A DNA stretch of 64,000 nucleotides from Octopus vulgaris (lineage: Eukaryota). Within the stretch, counting starts at the first letter, position 1. Each line of letters opens with the position of its first letter. This document shows positions 14,150-27,052 of the stretch, piece after piece. The stretch covers positions 147,126,001 through 147,190,000 of the forward strand of contig OX597818.1 in assembly GCA_951406725.2 (NCBI GenBank), in the 5' to 3' direction. The notes under the pieces are model-generated. The model was not told the origin of the DNA. It searched no databases and saw only the letters and a list, made by a program, of their open reading frames with translations. The position numbers were made by a program, and so were the translations under genes.

Positions 14150-14730
14150 TATCGGTTTCATATTTTGGCACAAGGCCAGAAATTTTAGGGGATGGGTAAG
14201 TTGATTACATCAATCTCGTTGTTCAACTGGTACTTACTTTATTGACTTTAAAAGGATGAAAAGCAAAGTCGACCTCAGCAGAATTTAAACTCAAAACATA
14301 AATACAGGTGAAGTGCTACTAAACACTTTGCTCGCCACTTTATAATATTGATTTAGAACTTTGGTACAAGGCTAGCCATTCTGGGGAGGGTTAAATCAAT
14401 TGCAATCGACCACAAAGGGATGAAAGGCAAAGTCGCCCTTGGCAGAATTTGGACTAAGCATTTTGGCCAGCATGCTAACAATTCTGCCAGCTTGTCGCTT
14501 TATAAATCATTTCTACTAAAGGCACAAGGCCTGAAATTTGGTGGGGAGGGGGCCAGGCGATTACATTGACCCCAAAGTTCAACTGGTACTTAATTTATCA
14601 ACCCCAAAAGGATGAAAGGCAAAGTCAACTTTGGTGGAATTGAACTCGGAACGTAGTGATGGGCAAAATACTGTTAAGCATTTCATCCTGCACGCTAATG
14701 ATTCTACCAGCTCACCACCTTCGCCACCTT
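14150..14730 (-). mobile_element. cluster of SINE family 2 fragments
   Basis: Repeated aaaggatgaaaggcaaagtcgacctc...gaatttgaactc motif shared with 27580-27988 and 28427-28690. Confidence 0.7.
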
Positions 14731-15595
14731 ATAAAATATAAATCTTTTTTTTTCTTTCTTTTTTTTTATTTCAAGAAATCTTTTGTAGTCATCATACAAA
14801 CATAAAACTACACCAGTTGAGAATAGAATAGTGACAGAACTTATTTCACATACAAAACCTTCATCATCTTCCAAGTAAAGGGGACAGGAATTGCGTAGTT
14901 TTCCAATTAATATTAAATAAACTTTTAAGGATACACGCAATTTTTCAAACTATGTACATTTATGACTGAAAAAGGGAAACTGCAACAATTGAAAGTGGAA
15001 GGAACACTCAATGATATTTTGTATGTGCGTAATATGTATAGTTGCGGCTGTGTGTGTATGTGAGAGAGAGAGAGGATTTTTACCGATTATTAGTTTACGT
15101 TTAACTTTCAATCATTGCAGTTTTTCTTTGTTCACCATATTATTATATGTTCTAAGTTTGAAAAATCTTTACGATTTTTTGGGTGTTATTTCAGCATGTG
15201 ATCTAACCACAGTGAAATGATCCAATCTAGGTTAGGAATAAGTTTAGGGTAAGGGTTAGAGATAGGGTTTAGGGCTTAGAGTTAGTCAGACTGCAAGCTA
15301 AAGTGTAAATGACCAGGTAAACTGCATGCTAAAATGGCACCAATTTTTTTCATTGGTGCTCTGTTTTCTAGAGCTGTCTATATCTCTCTTAAGATCAGAT
15401 TTTTTTTCTCAAAAAGGAATGACCATTTATAGAAATAAGTAGAGATCAGAGTAGAATCCTTTTCTGAAGTTGAAGGAAAGGAAATCTGATGCAAATCTTA
15501 CAGAATTTCTTTTCAGTTGGAAAAAAATGAATAATTCTAGTACAAAAAGAAAAGAAACAACATTGGTATTTTAATAAATTAAATTAAGAAAATAG

Positions 15596-15693
15596 TTTGT
15601 ATTCCATTAAATTCTGACATTTGTATTCCATTAAATTCTGACATTTGTATTCCATTAAATTCTGACATTTGTATTCCATCAAATTCTAACATT
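15596..15693. repeat. 24-bp minisatellite, 4 copies
   Basis: tttgtattccattaaattctgaca repeated four times. Confidence 0.9.
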
Positions 15694-15763
15694 CAAAATG
15701 AAATATTTCAGGACTGGATTTAAACATGGTGCCTGAGGCACTTCAAATTTGGTGGGCCCCCTC

Positions 15764-17233
15764 ATACACAAAAATTTGAATCTTGGAAAATTAGCCAATT
15801 ATAATCTCAAAACCCATGTATTGCATATAATAAATCTGACGAGTGAGCAGAGAGGCTTAAATAAACAACTGAAAATGTTGCTTTATAGATACACAAAAAT
15901 TTGAATCTTGGAAAATTAGCCAATTATAATCTCAAAACCCATGTATTGCATATAATAAATCTGACGAGTGAGCAGAGAGGCTTAAATAAACGACTGAAAA
16001 TGTTGCTTTATAGATACACAAAAATTTGAATCTTGGAAAATTAGCCAATTATAATCTCAAAACCCATGTATTGCATATAATAAATCTGACGAGTGAGCAG
16101 AGAGGCTTAAATAAACAACTGAAAATGTTGCTTTATAGATACACAAAAATTTGAATCTTGGAAAATTAGCCAATTATAATCTCAAAACCCATGTATTGCA
16201 TATAATAAATCTGACGAGTGAGCAGAGAGGCTTAAATAAACGACTGAAAATGTTGCTTTATAGATACACAAAAATTTGAATCTTGGAAAATTAGCCAATT
16301 ATAATCTCAAAACCCATGTATTGCATATAATAAATCTGACGAGTGAGCAGAGAGGCTTAAATAAACGACTGAAAATGTTGCTTTATAGATACACAAAAAT
16401 TTGAATCTTGGAAAATTAGCCAATTATAATCTCAAAACCCATGTATTGCATATAATAAATCTGACGAGTGAGCAGAGAGGCTTAAATAAACGACTGAAAA
16501 TGTTGCTTTATAGATACACAAAAATTTGAATCTTGGAAAATTAGCCAATTATAATCTCAAAACCCATGTATTGCATATAATAAATCTGACGAGTGAGCAG
16601 AGAGGCTTAAATAAACGACTGAAAATGTTGCTTTATAGATACACAAAAATTTGAATCTTGGAAAATTAGCCAATTATAATCTCAAAACCCATGTATTGCA
16701 TATAATAAATCTGACGAGTGAGCAGAGAGGCTTAAATAAACGACTGAAAATGTTGCTTTATAGATACACAAAAATTTGAATCTTGGAAAATTAGCCAATT
16801 ATAATCTCAAAACCCATGTATTGCATATAATAAATCTGACGAGTGAGCAGAGAGGCTTAAATAAACGACTGAAAATGTTGCTTTATAGATACACAAAAAT
16901 TTGAATCTTGGAAAATTAGCCAATTATAATCTCAAAACCCATGTATTGCATATAATAAATCTGACGAGTGAGCAGAGAGGCTTAAATAAACGACTGAAAA
17001 TGTTGCTTTATAGATACACAAAAATTTGAATCTTGGAAAATTAGCCAATTATAATCTCAAAACCCATGTATTGCATATAATAAATCTGACGAGTGAGCAG
17101 AGAGGCTTAAATAAACGACTGAAAATGTTGCTTTATAGATACACAAAAATTTGAATCTTGGAAAATTAGCCAATTATAATCTCAAAACCCATGTATTGCA
17201 TATGCATATAATAAATCTGACGAGTGAGCAGAG
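15764..17233. repeat. 125-bp tandem satellite, block 1 (~11.7 units)
   Basis: Units start at 15764, 15889, 16014 and onward. Near-identical apart from one A/G variant (aaacAact/aaacGact). Confidence 0.97.
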
Positions 17234-17660
17234 CCAGGCGATTACATTGACCCCAAAGTTCAACTGGTACTTAATTTATCAACCCCAAAAGGATTTGAAA
17301 GGCAAAGTCAATTGAACTCGGAAGGGTATACAAAATACTGTTAAGCATTTCATCCTGCACGCTAATGATTCTACCAGCTCACCACCTTCGCCACCTTATA
17401 AAATATAAATCTTTTTTTTCTTTTTCTTTTTTTATTTCAAGAAATCTTTGTAGTCATCTACAAAATAAAACTACACCAGTTGAGAATAAGAATAGTGACA
17501 GAACTTATTTCACATACAAAACCTTCATCATCTTCCAAGTAAAGGGGACAGGAATTGCGTAGTTTTCCAATTAATATTAAATAAACTTTTAAGGATACAC
17601 GCAATTTTTCATATGTACATTTATGACTGAAAAAGGAAACTGCAACAATTGAAAGTGGAA

Positions 17661-20150
17661 GAACCCATGTATTGAAAATTAGCCAATTATATAATCTCAA
17701 AACCCATGTATTGCATATAATAAATCTGACGAGTGAGCAGAGAGGCTTAAATAAACAACTGAAAATGTTGCTTTATAGATACACAAAAATTTGAATCTTG
17801 GAAAATTAGCCAATTATAATCTCAAAACCCATGTATTGCATATAATAAATCTGACGAGTGAGCAGAGAGGCTTAAATAAACAACTGAAAATGTTGCTTTA
17901 TAGATACACAAAAATTTGAATCTTGGAAAATTAGCCAATTATAATCTCAAAACCCATGTATTGCATATAATAAATCTGACGAGTGAGCAGAGAGGCTTAA
18001 ATAAACAACTGAAAATGTTGCTTTATAGATACACAAAAATTTGAATCTTGGAAAATTAGCCAATTATAATCTCAAAACCCATGTATTGCATATAATAAAT
18101 CTGACGAGTGAGCAGAGAGGCTTAAATAAACGACTGAAAATGTTGCTTTATAGATACACAAAAATTTGAATCTTGGAAAATTAGCCAATTATAATCTCAA
18201 AACCCATGTATTGCATATAATAAATCTGACGAGTGAGCAGAGAGGCTTAAATAAACAACTGAAAATGTTGCTTTATAGATACACAAAAATTTGAATCTTG
18301 GAAAATTAGCCAATTATAATCTCAAAACCCATGTATTGCATATAATAAATCTGACGAGTGAGCAGAGAGGCTTAAATAAACAACTGAAAATGTTGCTTTA
18401 TAGATACACAAAAATTTGAATCTTGGAAAATTAGCCAATTATAATCTCAAAACCCATGTATTGCATATAATAAATCTGACGAGTGAGCAGAGAGGCTTAA
18501 ATAAACGACTGAAAATGTTGCTTTATAGATACACAAAAATTTGAATCTTGGAAAATTAGCCAATTATAATCTCAAAACCCATGTATTGCATATAATAAAT
18601 CTGACGAGTGAGCAGAGAGGCTTAAATAAACGACTGAAAATGTTGCTTTATAGATACACAAAAATTTGAATCTTGGAAAATTAGCCAATTATAATCTCAA
18701 AACCCATGTATTGCATATAATAAATCTGACGAGTGAGCAGAGAGGCTTAAATAAACGACTGAAAATGTTGCTTTATAGATACACAAAAATTTGAATCTTG
18801 GAAAATTAGCCAATTATAATCTCAAAACCCATGTATTGCATATAATAAATCTGACGAGTGAGCAGAGAGGCTTAAATAAACAACTGAAAATGTTGCTTTA
18901 TAGATACACAAAAATTTGAATCTTGGAAAATTAGCCAATTATAATCTCAAAACCCATGTATTGCATATAATAAATCTGACGAGTGAGCAGAGAGGCTTAA
19001 ATAAACAACTGAAAATGTTGCTTTATAGATACACAAAAATTTGAATCTTGGAAAATTAGCCAATTATAATCTCAAAACCCATGTATTGCATATAATAAAT
19101 CTGACGAGTGAGCAGAGAGGCTTAAATAAACGACTGAAAATGTTGCTTTATAGATACACAAAAATTTGAATCTTGGAAAATTAGCCAATTATAATCTCAA
19201 AACCCATGTATTGCATATAATAAATCTGACGAGTGAGCAGAGAGGCTTAAATAAACAACTGAAAATGTTGCTTTATAGATACACAAAAATTTGAATCTTG
19301 GAAAATTAGCCAATTATAATCTCAAAACCCATGTATTGCATATAATAAATCTGACGAGTGAGCAGAGAGGCTTAAATAAACAACTGAAAATGTTGCTTTA
19401 TAGATACACAAAAATTTGAATCTTGGAAAATTAGCCAATTATAATCTCAAAACCCATGTATTGCATATAATAAATCTGACGAGTGAGCAGAGAGGCTTAA
19501 ATAAACAACTGAAAATGTTGCTTTATAGATACACAAAAATTTGAATCTTGGAAAATTAGCCAATTATAATCTCAAAACCCATGTATTGCATATAATAAAT
19601 CTGACGAGTGAGCAGAGAGGCTTAAATAAACGACTGAAAATGTTGCTTTATAGATACACAAAAATTTGAATCTTGGAAAATTAGCCAATTATAATCTCAA
19701 AACCCATGTATTGCATATAATAAATCTGACGAGTGAGCAGAGAGGCTTAAATAAACAACTGAAAATGTTGCTTTATAGATACACAAAAATTTGAATCTTG
19801 GAAAATTAGCCAATTATAATCTCAAAACCCATGTATTGCATATAATAAATCTGACGAGTGAGCAGAGAGGCTTAAATAAACAACTGAAAATGTTGCTTTA
19901 TAGATACACAAAAATTTGAATCTTGGAAAATTAGCCAATTATAATCTCAAAACCCATGTATTGCATATAATAAATCTGACGAGTGAGCAGAGAGGCTTAA
20001 ATAAACGACTGAAAATGTTGCTTTATAGATACACAAAAATTTGAATCTTGGAAAATTAGCCAATTATAATCTCAAAACCCATGTATTGCATATAATAAAT
20101 CTGACGAGTGAGCAGAGAGGCTTAAATAAACGACTGAAAATGTTGCTTTT
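17661..20150. repeat. 125-bp tandem satellite, block 2 (~20 units)
   Basis: Same unit as block 1. Confidence 0.97.
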
Positions 20151-21199
20151 TAGATCCACTTTTTAAAATTCAAATTTTTTTCTCACACATCCACTTGCAG
20201 TGTTTGAGTTGCTCTTCATTGTGAAAAGCGCAAATGAAGGAGGGAAGAGGAGGGAAGATGGTTTCCTCTCATATGACTTACTAATGTTTTAGAATGTAGA
20301 ATATGATAAAATGACAGAAAATTATGAAGAAGGTATATCATTTCAGTGGTTGCGGTTCCAGAAGCCCATTGAGAGTGGGGAGGGAGAAGAAACACGTAAA
20401 AGACATGGATTTTAAAACTTTTTGTTTTAATAAAGACATCTAAAATGGTGACATGATGCAGCACACATCACAATTCCTTCTAAAATGGTGACCCCCAGAC
20501 AAATTCTACACAACCACTCATCGCATACGAACATACCACTGATGTCTCTCATCGCCATATTGTCTTCTTCACCAGAAAATTTTGGAGCCATTTTCAAGCG
20601 GGAAACTGCAAATCATTTTTCCTTGTGTTGTAACTGAATTTACAACTTGGTCCTTGGAAGATACAGCGTCCCAGGAGAATATTCTTCTTGCATATAAAAA
20701 GAAAAAAAAAATTATCAGGAATTTTCTCCAGAATTCACATGGACAAGAAATTTTTCCAGGTATGAATTTCTTTCTCTCAACCACCCAGATTATACACATG
20801 TTGGCCATGTTTTGTTCTTTATCCATTTGCAAGGATGTCACCTATTTTCATCCTCTTCTACTGAAAAAAAAAAAAATTCCTAGATCGCTACTCATCGTGT
20901 CTTCTTTCAACTAGGGTGTTTGACTGCTATTTGTAACAGCGTTTCTTTCAACCAGCTTGTTCTTCGTGGCATTCTGTTCCCTATTATCGTCTGATGAGTC
21001 TTTTTCCTTTGCCTCAATGCGCTTCTTTGTCCTCCTCTTGAGCTTATATTTCTTCTGCTCCAGACAGCATGCAATCCTCCGAAATCTTTCAGGCCATTGC
21101 AGAACTGACCTGTCAAGTCGCACGCTTGTGCAGGGAACATTCGTTTTCATCGATTTATTCTGAAAGAGAACCAGACATCGTTCTTTCTCGCATGGATGT

Positions 21200-21845
21200 G
21201 CACCTTTTGCTTCATTTTGCTGGTACTCCAGACCAGCACCTCCAACGCTTAACCCAACAGTTCAAGCGCCTATGATGTGAAGATCAACCTGACTAAGTGT
21301 GTATTCGGTTCTACCAGTTTGGAATTCTTGGGGCATCTCATTGATACCAATGGTATTCATCTGCTTCCCTCTAAAGTGGAAACCATCAAATGCTTGTCTC
21401 CTCCTGTTTCCTTAAAACAGCTCAGAAATTTTATTGGTTTGATTAATTATTGTCATATCATTCCTAATTGTGCAGAGAAGTTGCTTTCCTTGACCCAGCT
21501 CTTGAAATATCAATGGAAAAAAAGAGACCTAGATAACACTGTCTCCTACAGCCATCCAAGCTTTTGAATTTGTCAATTCTGACCTTGCTCAAACAGCCTT
21601 CCTCGTTCATCCTATTGTGGATGGAAAATTGGCACTCACTGTCAACATGTGATCATCAGCTATCGCTGCAGTTTTAGAGCAATCCGTCAACAGCTGTAGC
21701 CATTAGCCTTCATCTCTCGCCAACTGAAAAATGCCAAATTGAGATACAGTGTGTTTGGTAAAGAACTCTTAGCAATTTACCTGGTGGTGAAGCATTTCAC
21801 TTATCTTTTTGAAGGTAGAGATTCCACGATTTTCACCAACCACAA
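21200..21845 (+). pseudogene. Ty3/Gypsy pol remnant (RT C-terminus to RNase H)
   Basis: KINLTKCVFGSTSLEFLGHLI...LKQLRNFIGLINY and YSVFGKELLAIYLVVKHFTYLFEGR...IFTNHK, broken by stops and frameshifts. Confidence 0.9.
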
Positions 21846-22516
21846 ACAGCGCAGTAGTAGTAGCAGCAGCGGTGCGGCAGCCCGCCAACTTGCCGCACTT
21901 TTTCCTGCTTCTGCTGCCGACTGCGCAACCACCTTCCGGCGCCAGCCCGCCCACATGGCACTCGGACGATGGGGCTTGCACACTTTGCGAGCTCCATGAC
22001 CATTTCTTTCTTCCTTCCTGCCTTGCCGACCATGCGCGACGGCCTAAGCCTTCCGATGACCACCGTAATGCGCGGCTGTTGTTCCTCGCCTCCTAGTGCG
22101 CAGTTTCTTCGCGAAACTTGCCGAGCCACACACAAGTCGCGGCTGGGCCCCCTCGCCCGAGTACCACCGAATGCTCTTGTTTTGGCCCTCTAACAGCGCA
22201 GTAGTAGTAGCAACAGCGGTGCGGCAGCCCGCCAACTTGCCGCACTTTTTCCTGCTTCTGCTGCCAACCGCGCAACCACCTACTGGCGCCGGCCCGCCCA
22301 CATGGCGCTCGGACGACAGTGCTTGCACGCTTTGCAAGCTCCATGACCATTCTCTCTTCCTTCCTACCTCGCCGTTGGCTTCGGCAGTGGCGTGCTTTGT
22401 TCCGCTGTCGACGCCTTCTAATTTTCTTTTTCCGTCGCGCGGCGGCCTCCTTCTCGCAAGGAGGAGGCCGCTGCTGCTTTCCTTCAGTACGTGTAGTGTG
22501 TAGTAGCAAATACCGA
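21845..22516 (+). other. GC-rich ITS1-like rDNA spacer fragment with an internal direct repeat
   Basis: GC-rich segment immediately 5' of a 5.8S sequence. aacagcgcagtagtagtagc... occurs at 21845 and again at 22192. Confidence 0.6.
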
Positions 22517-22657
22517 AACCCTGGACGGGGGATCACTCGGCTCGTCCGTCGATGAAGAGCGCGGCTATCCGCATGAACTGATGCGAATTGCAGGACTCAG
22601 TGAACATCGACACCTCGAACGCACATTGCGGCCCCGGGATCCTATCGTCCCGGGGCC
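22517..22657 (+). rRNA. orphan 5.8S rRNA fragment (pseudogene, 3'-truncated)
   Basis: ggatcactcggctcgtccgtcgatgaagagcgcggct...gaattgcaggac...catcgacacctcgaacgcacattgcggccccggg matches the conserved 5.8S core. No 18S or 28S nearby. Confidence 0.9.
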
Positions 22658-22684
22658 CCGTCGAGCCTTTGTCCAAATGTTATC

Positions 22685-23615
22685 CAACCTAAAGGCGAGT
22701 AGGGCGATTCACCTTAACAATTTTTGCAAGTCACCCACCTTTTGCCAGTCACTTGGAGCTCAGCTGTTTTCCGATTGAAATTTGAAAAAGTGGATGAGGG
22801 CTTGACCGAAGAGTAAGGTGTCTTCCCTCAATTCTTTCAGCCTCATACACTACACAACTTCTTTTGCCATAGCCAATCGACAGAGGAACATGCCTACCCT
22901 TCCTTGTTAAAGGCGAGTGCTGGAGCGATCCTCACCATGAACTCAGTCAGCAGTCGGATTTGTTCGACACACAACTACAGCCGTTCGACATAACTCACAG
23001 ATCAGCAATACTCAAACACTTTACAACAGAGTGTAGTACGGTTGCGTGACTCAGCGCACATCTCAGGTAGTCCCGCCTGGCGACGCTTCCGTCACTAGAA
23101 TTTATCTTGAACTGGCAGTGCGCCAAAGTAGCATTGCCACACCAGGGATCTCTGGAAGTTATCTATGGTAGATCCTATCCTGAAATTCTTCCAGCTAATT
23201 TGTCCTCGTCGACGAATAGAGTTTCCGCGAGAATGTCATTGCTCTTACGCTCCATTAGATTTCTATATATTGCTATCGTGGAACTTCCACCAACCGCATT
23301 GCCAAGCTCGTAGAGGGCGGTAAACACCTGACTACATTCCAGATGCCAGGCATCTTAACCTTGGCCTTTTCTTGACCTAAGACTGCACCTCCGCCAAGAA
23401 GACAAAGTACAGAAAGGCGTGCCTTACAAACGGAGAACACACAGACTCAGCGTCTACGTGGCCTCAGTGCGTATCTGCGAATTAGTAATCATCGTATGCC
23501 AAGCCCACCTTCCAGATGACGCTGCTAACAGATTGAACCGCTCGACGAGTGGAATGTGTTCTTTCCACAGAAATCGGAAAAGTAAACGCTCCACTCTGGC
23601 TAAATTCAATGAGTA
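22685..23615 (-). mobile_element. old, decayed Tx1-clade ORF2 3' fragment
   Basis: Minus-strand remnants ERLLFRFLWKEHIPLV, NFQRSLVWQC and AMAKEVV*CMRLKELREDTLLFGQALIHFFKF align with ORF2 at 49382-52818. Confidence 0.8.
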
Positions 23616-25176
23616 GACTTGTTAAGAAAGTGGGACGATATCGGCAGGAACCAGAAACTTGGCAAAAAGAAGAAAAAATATTTATTGCTTCCTTAACTCA
23701 TCCAGCTAATATGCAGCAGTTTAGTCAGCGAAAAAATGTAAAACTAAATTGAACAGAAAGTAAGAACAGTGAAGAACATAAATATGATCTCATTATGGCA
23801 TTCCTACTGACATTATATCCAAATAACATGAAAGCAGCGAGCCGCCAGAATCGTTACTGATCCAGATAAATGCTTAGCGGCATTTCTTCGGGTTTTACAC
23901 TCTGAGTTCATTTGCCGCCAAGGTTGATAAATTCAGTTACCAGGAAAGCACTGGCGTCCATGTAATCGTTCAGACTCCTCTAACAAAATACCAGGCCTTC
24001 TACTTAATTCAATAACATGAAAACAAAGAACGTACATCAATGCAGGTGTGCAGTTCGATGGCTTTTTCCAAGAAGAAAAAATAGTTTGCATACTACGACT
24101 GAATCCATGTTGAATAACGCCACCGTTTCCCCATTAATTCTTTGTGCACAATCTTAACAGTTGTGCAAAATTATTTCAATCATATGTAAGATATTTGACA
24201 ACTCTGCTGTTGGTAACGAAAGAATACTCACATGCAACCAATCGTTTTGGCGATTGTGCGTCGAGATGGAAGCCATGAAATTGCCTTTTCGGTGGTGTTC
24301 TATGTTAGAGAAATGCACTTTAGCTGCTATTTCAGAAATGTTTAAAACATCCCTAGAAGATATAGCTAGGTACCTGTGACCACAGCATGATGAGAGAATT
24401 CTTCTAATGAAATGTTATTTCACCATCATTAACTCTTCCACCTTTTCAAGGGCCTAAACTGCATATTAACCTCACATCAATTTGCTACATAGCAAGATTG
24501 CTTAGTGAGTTGCCGCCCGCCAAATGATATGCTTTTACAAGGAAAATCAGGAGGATACAATACTCGGAAGGGACACTATTGTAAAGTCATCAAAAACCGT
24601 AATTTCTCCGGATTCCTTTGTTTTAAATACAGTAGATATATGATTCGGAGGTGGATGGGGGGTTACCCCACCATCACACTCACACACTTTTCATAATTCT
24701 GATTTCGTTACGAAATATTTTTTAAGACTTTATTTTAAAAAATTACGCATAAGTTTTGAATAATCGTACCTTCGGACGTTTAATACAAATCTGAAAAAAT
24801 TTTCAAAAGTCAGAACTAAAAAATTACAAGATACAAAATCCCTCTTTGTTTTTCAGAATCGAAATCTACAAATGTCAAAACATACACATTCGAAGAAGCT
24901 TCGTGCTTGGCGAACTAAGTTTTTTATAATGCTATTCTTTAGAAGCACTTAATCTCCGCATTTTTTAATCCGGAATTACACATAAAAAATTTAAATAAAG
25001 TCCAATATAATGGGAAGGGGAGATTAAAACTTTGAAGGTACACCACCACCACCACCACCACCACAACACTTCAAAAATCGTAGTTTCTGTTGGTGAAGAA
25101 GAGAATCTGAAGTTTTTATTCATTTACTTATTTTTAATGACGGTGTTTATTCGACATTTGGCAAGACTTCCTAGAT

Positions 25177-25443
25177 TAGTGCTACTCAAAGTGGTGGTCC
25201 GCGAGCCATCAGCTGCCGATACTAGGCGAGTTTCCAGAAAAGAGAGAAACATAAAATGCTTATGTAATATTGTATTATTTGTTTACAAAATAAATATAAG
25301 ATAAGAAAAAATTGTCAACTTTCATTATACTCATTTATATAGTTTCTGGTATAAATTAATATTACTAAGAAATCTTACCGGTCCCTGGCACACTGGGAAA
25401 AAAAACTGCCGGTACGCCACATCAGATAGCTTGAGAAGCACTG
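25177..25443. mobile_element. hAT (Charlie-like) MITE
   Basis: Termini tagtgctactcaa...ttgagaagcactg, flanked by degenerate 8-bp ctag-centred sites (tcctagat / ccctagag). Confidence 0.55.
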
Positions 25444-25901
25444 CCCTAGAGGATCCCAATTGCCAAACATGCATAACACAGCTTTTTGACAATTCATGTC
25501 AACCACGAGTGCTTATTGCACTTAGTGTTTAAGCATCTTTAGTTGTTATTTGGGGTGGGGGGGGGGGGGAGTAGCCTAAATGATACAAAAGTAAATATCT
25601 CTAGAAAAAATAAATGAAGGTAGAACAAACATTTGCACAACCATGTAAATAGACTGATCGATTTGTTTTGATATTGTTTAAATCTGTTCAATCGCCGATT
25701 TGAGACTATGTTAGGTGGAGAAGAGAATATCGATGACTATTTTAACATCAAAACCTTTTCATTTTGTAAGAGATAGGGTTGAAGAAAGATTTTCAACGGG
25801 AACAAAACAAAAAGAATCGAAGTTTCAAGAAAATTGCTCAAATAGAAAATTCGGTTAATGTTCACATTATTGCCCGGAAACGAAATGGGAGAAAAAAAAT
25901 T

Positions 25902-26760
25902 GTGCAACGGGTGTAAAAAAAACAAAAAAAAACAGGTGCAGGAAACGAATAGGAAAACAAAGATGATCGGAAAGCAACGGGGGTGGGGAGAGGCCTTCGG
26001 AAAATTCACAAGATCCGATGTTTTTCCCTCATAACTTTTAGGAAAATGGGGATTTTTAATGAAATTTTATATAAACACCTTTCAAACGGTAAAGATTACG
26101 ATTATAAAGAAATTTGTGGGGAAAATCTTTTCCGAGAGGGTAAGAAGAGGACTTCGGAAAATTCACAAGATCCGAGTTTTTTCCTCGTAACTTGAAGGAA
26201 AATATAATCCTTTTGAAATCACAAAATAGCCTTTATATATATATAGTAGAAGGATCCGAACCCTTCAAAGGGATGTTTAGCATCCAAGTTCCTGAGGAAA
26301 GCTTAATTTGTGATTTCAAAAGGATTATATTTTCCTCAAAGTAACGAGGGAAAAACTCTGATCTTGTGAAACTTTGTCAATTTTCCGAACTCCCCCCCCA
26401 CCCCCACCCCCGTTGCTTTCCGCGCATTTTTGTTTTCAGATTCGTTTCCTACTTGGGTGTGGAGTAGAAAGATATCTATTCTCCTCAAAGTTTCAAGGGA
26501 AAAACATGGGATCTTGTGAATTTTTCGAAATCCCCCCCCCCCCCGGCAAAGATTTTCCCCACAAATTTCTTTATAATCGTAATCTTTACCGTTTGAAAGG
26601 TATTTATATAAAATTCCATTTAAAAAACCCATTTTCCTAAAAGTTATGAGGGAAAAACTTCGGATCTTGTGAATTTTCCGAAGGCCTCTCCCCACCCCCG
26701 TTCCTTTCCGGGTATCTTCGTTTTCATATACGTTTCCTACACCTTTTTTACACCCGTTGA
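25902..26760. mobile_element. foldback element with long inverted arms
   Basis: ggggtggggagaggccttcggaaaattcacaagatccg (25980) is the reverse complement of 26661-26700. Internal subrepeats of gaaaattcacaagatc. Confidence 0.8.
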
Positions 26761-26984
26761 AATTTTCTCAATTGTTAATTTAATTATGTGCAATTATTAT
26801 TCAATCAAGCTTTTCAAAATTTACGAATTAAGTTACAAATAAGCGTGTTTATATTCGCGGCAAAATTCTTTTTATTCAATTTTGTGGGTGCGAAAAATAA
26901 ACGAAATAAAATCACTTCGTAACTTAGGAAAACGAAACGGATAAACTTGAGATAGAAGAAAAGAAAAATTTAAGTGTTTGTTAC

Positions 26985-27052
26985 CTTGCGCTTCTATTCC
27001 AGAATATTTTACTTAGTTGGAAATAATCCTTGAAGGGATCGAACTCATCCAT
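26985..27052 (-). CDS. nanos: nanos first coding exon (MDEFDPFKDYFQLSKIFWNRSA)
   Basis: ATG at 27052. FDPFKDYFQLSKI resembles the N-terminal Nanos NOT1-interacting motif (FxxW/FxDYxxL). Donor AG|GTAACA, phase 2, matches the 11226 exon. Confidence 0.75.

Noticed and set aside
15764-20150. CRISPR-like array
   Set aside because: No unique spacers and a eukaryotic context. It is a plain tandem satellite.
21769-22555. Many overlapping ORFs in the GC-rich block
   Set aside because: Stop-poor GC-rich spacer sequence next to 5.8S, with no protein motif.
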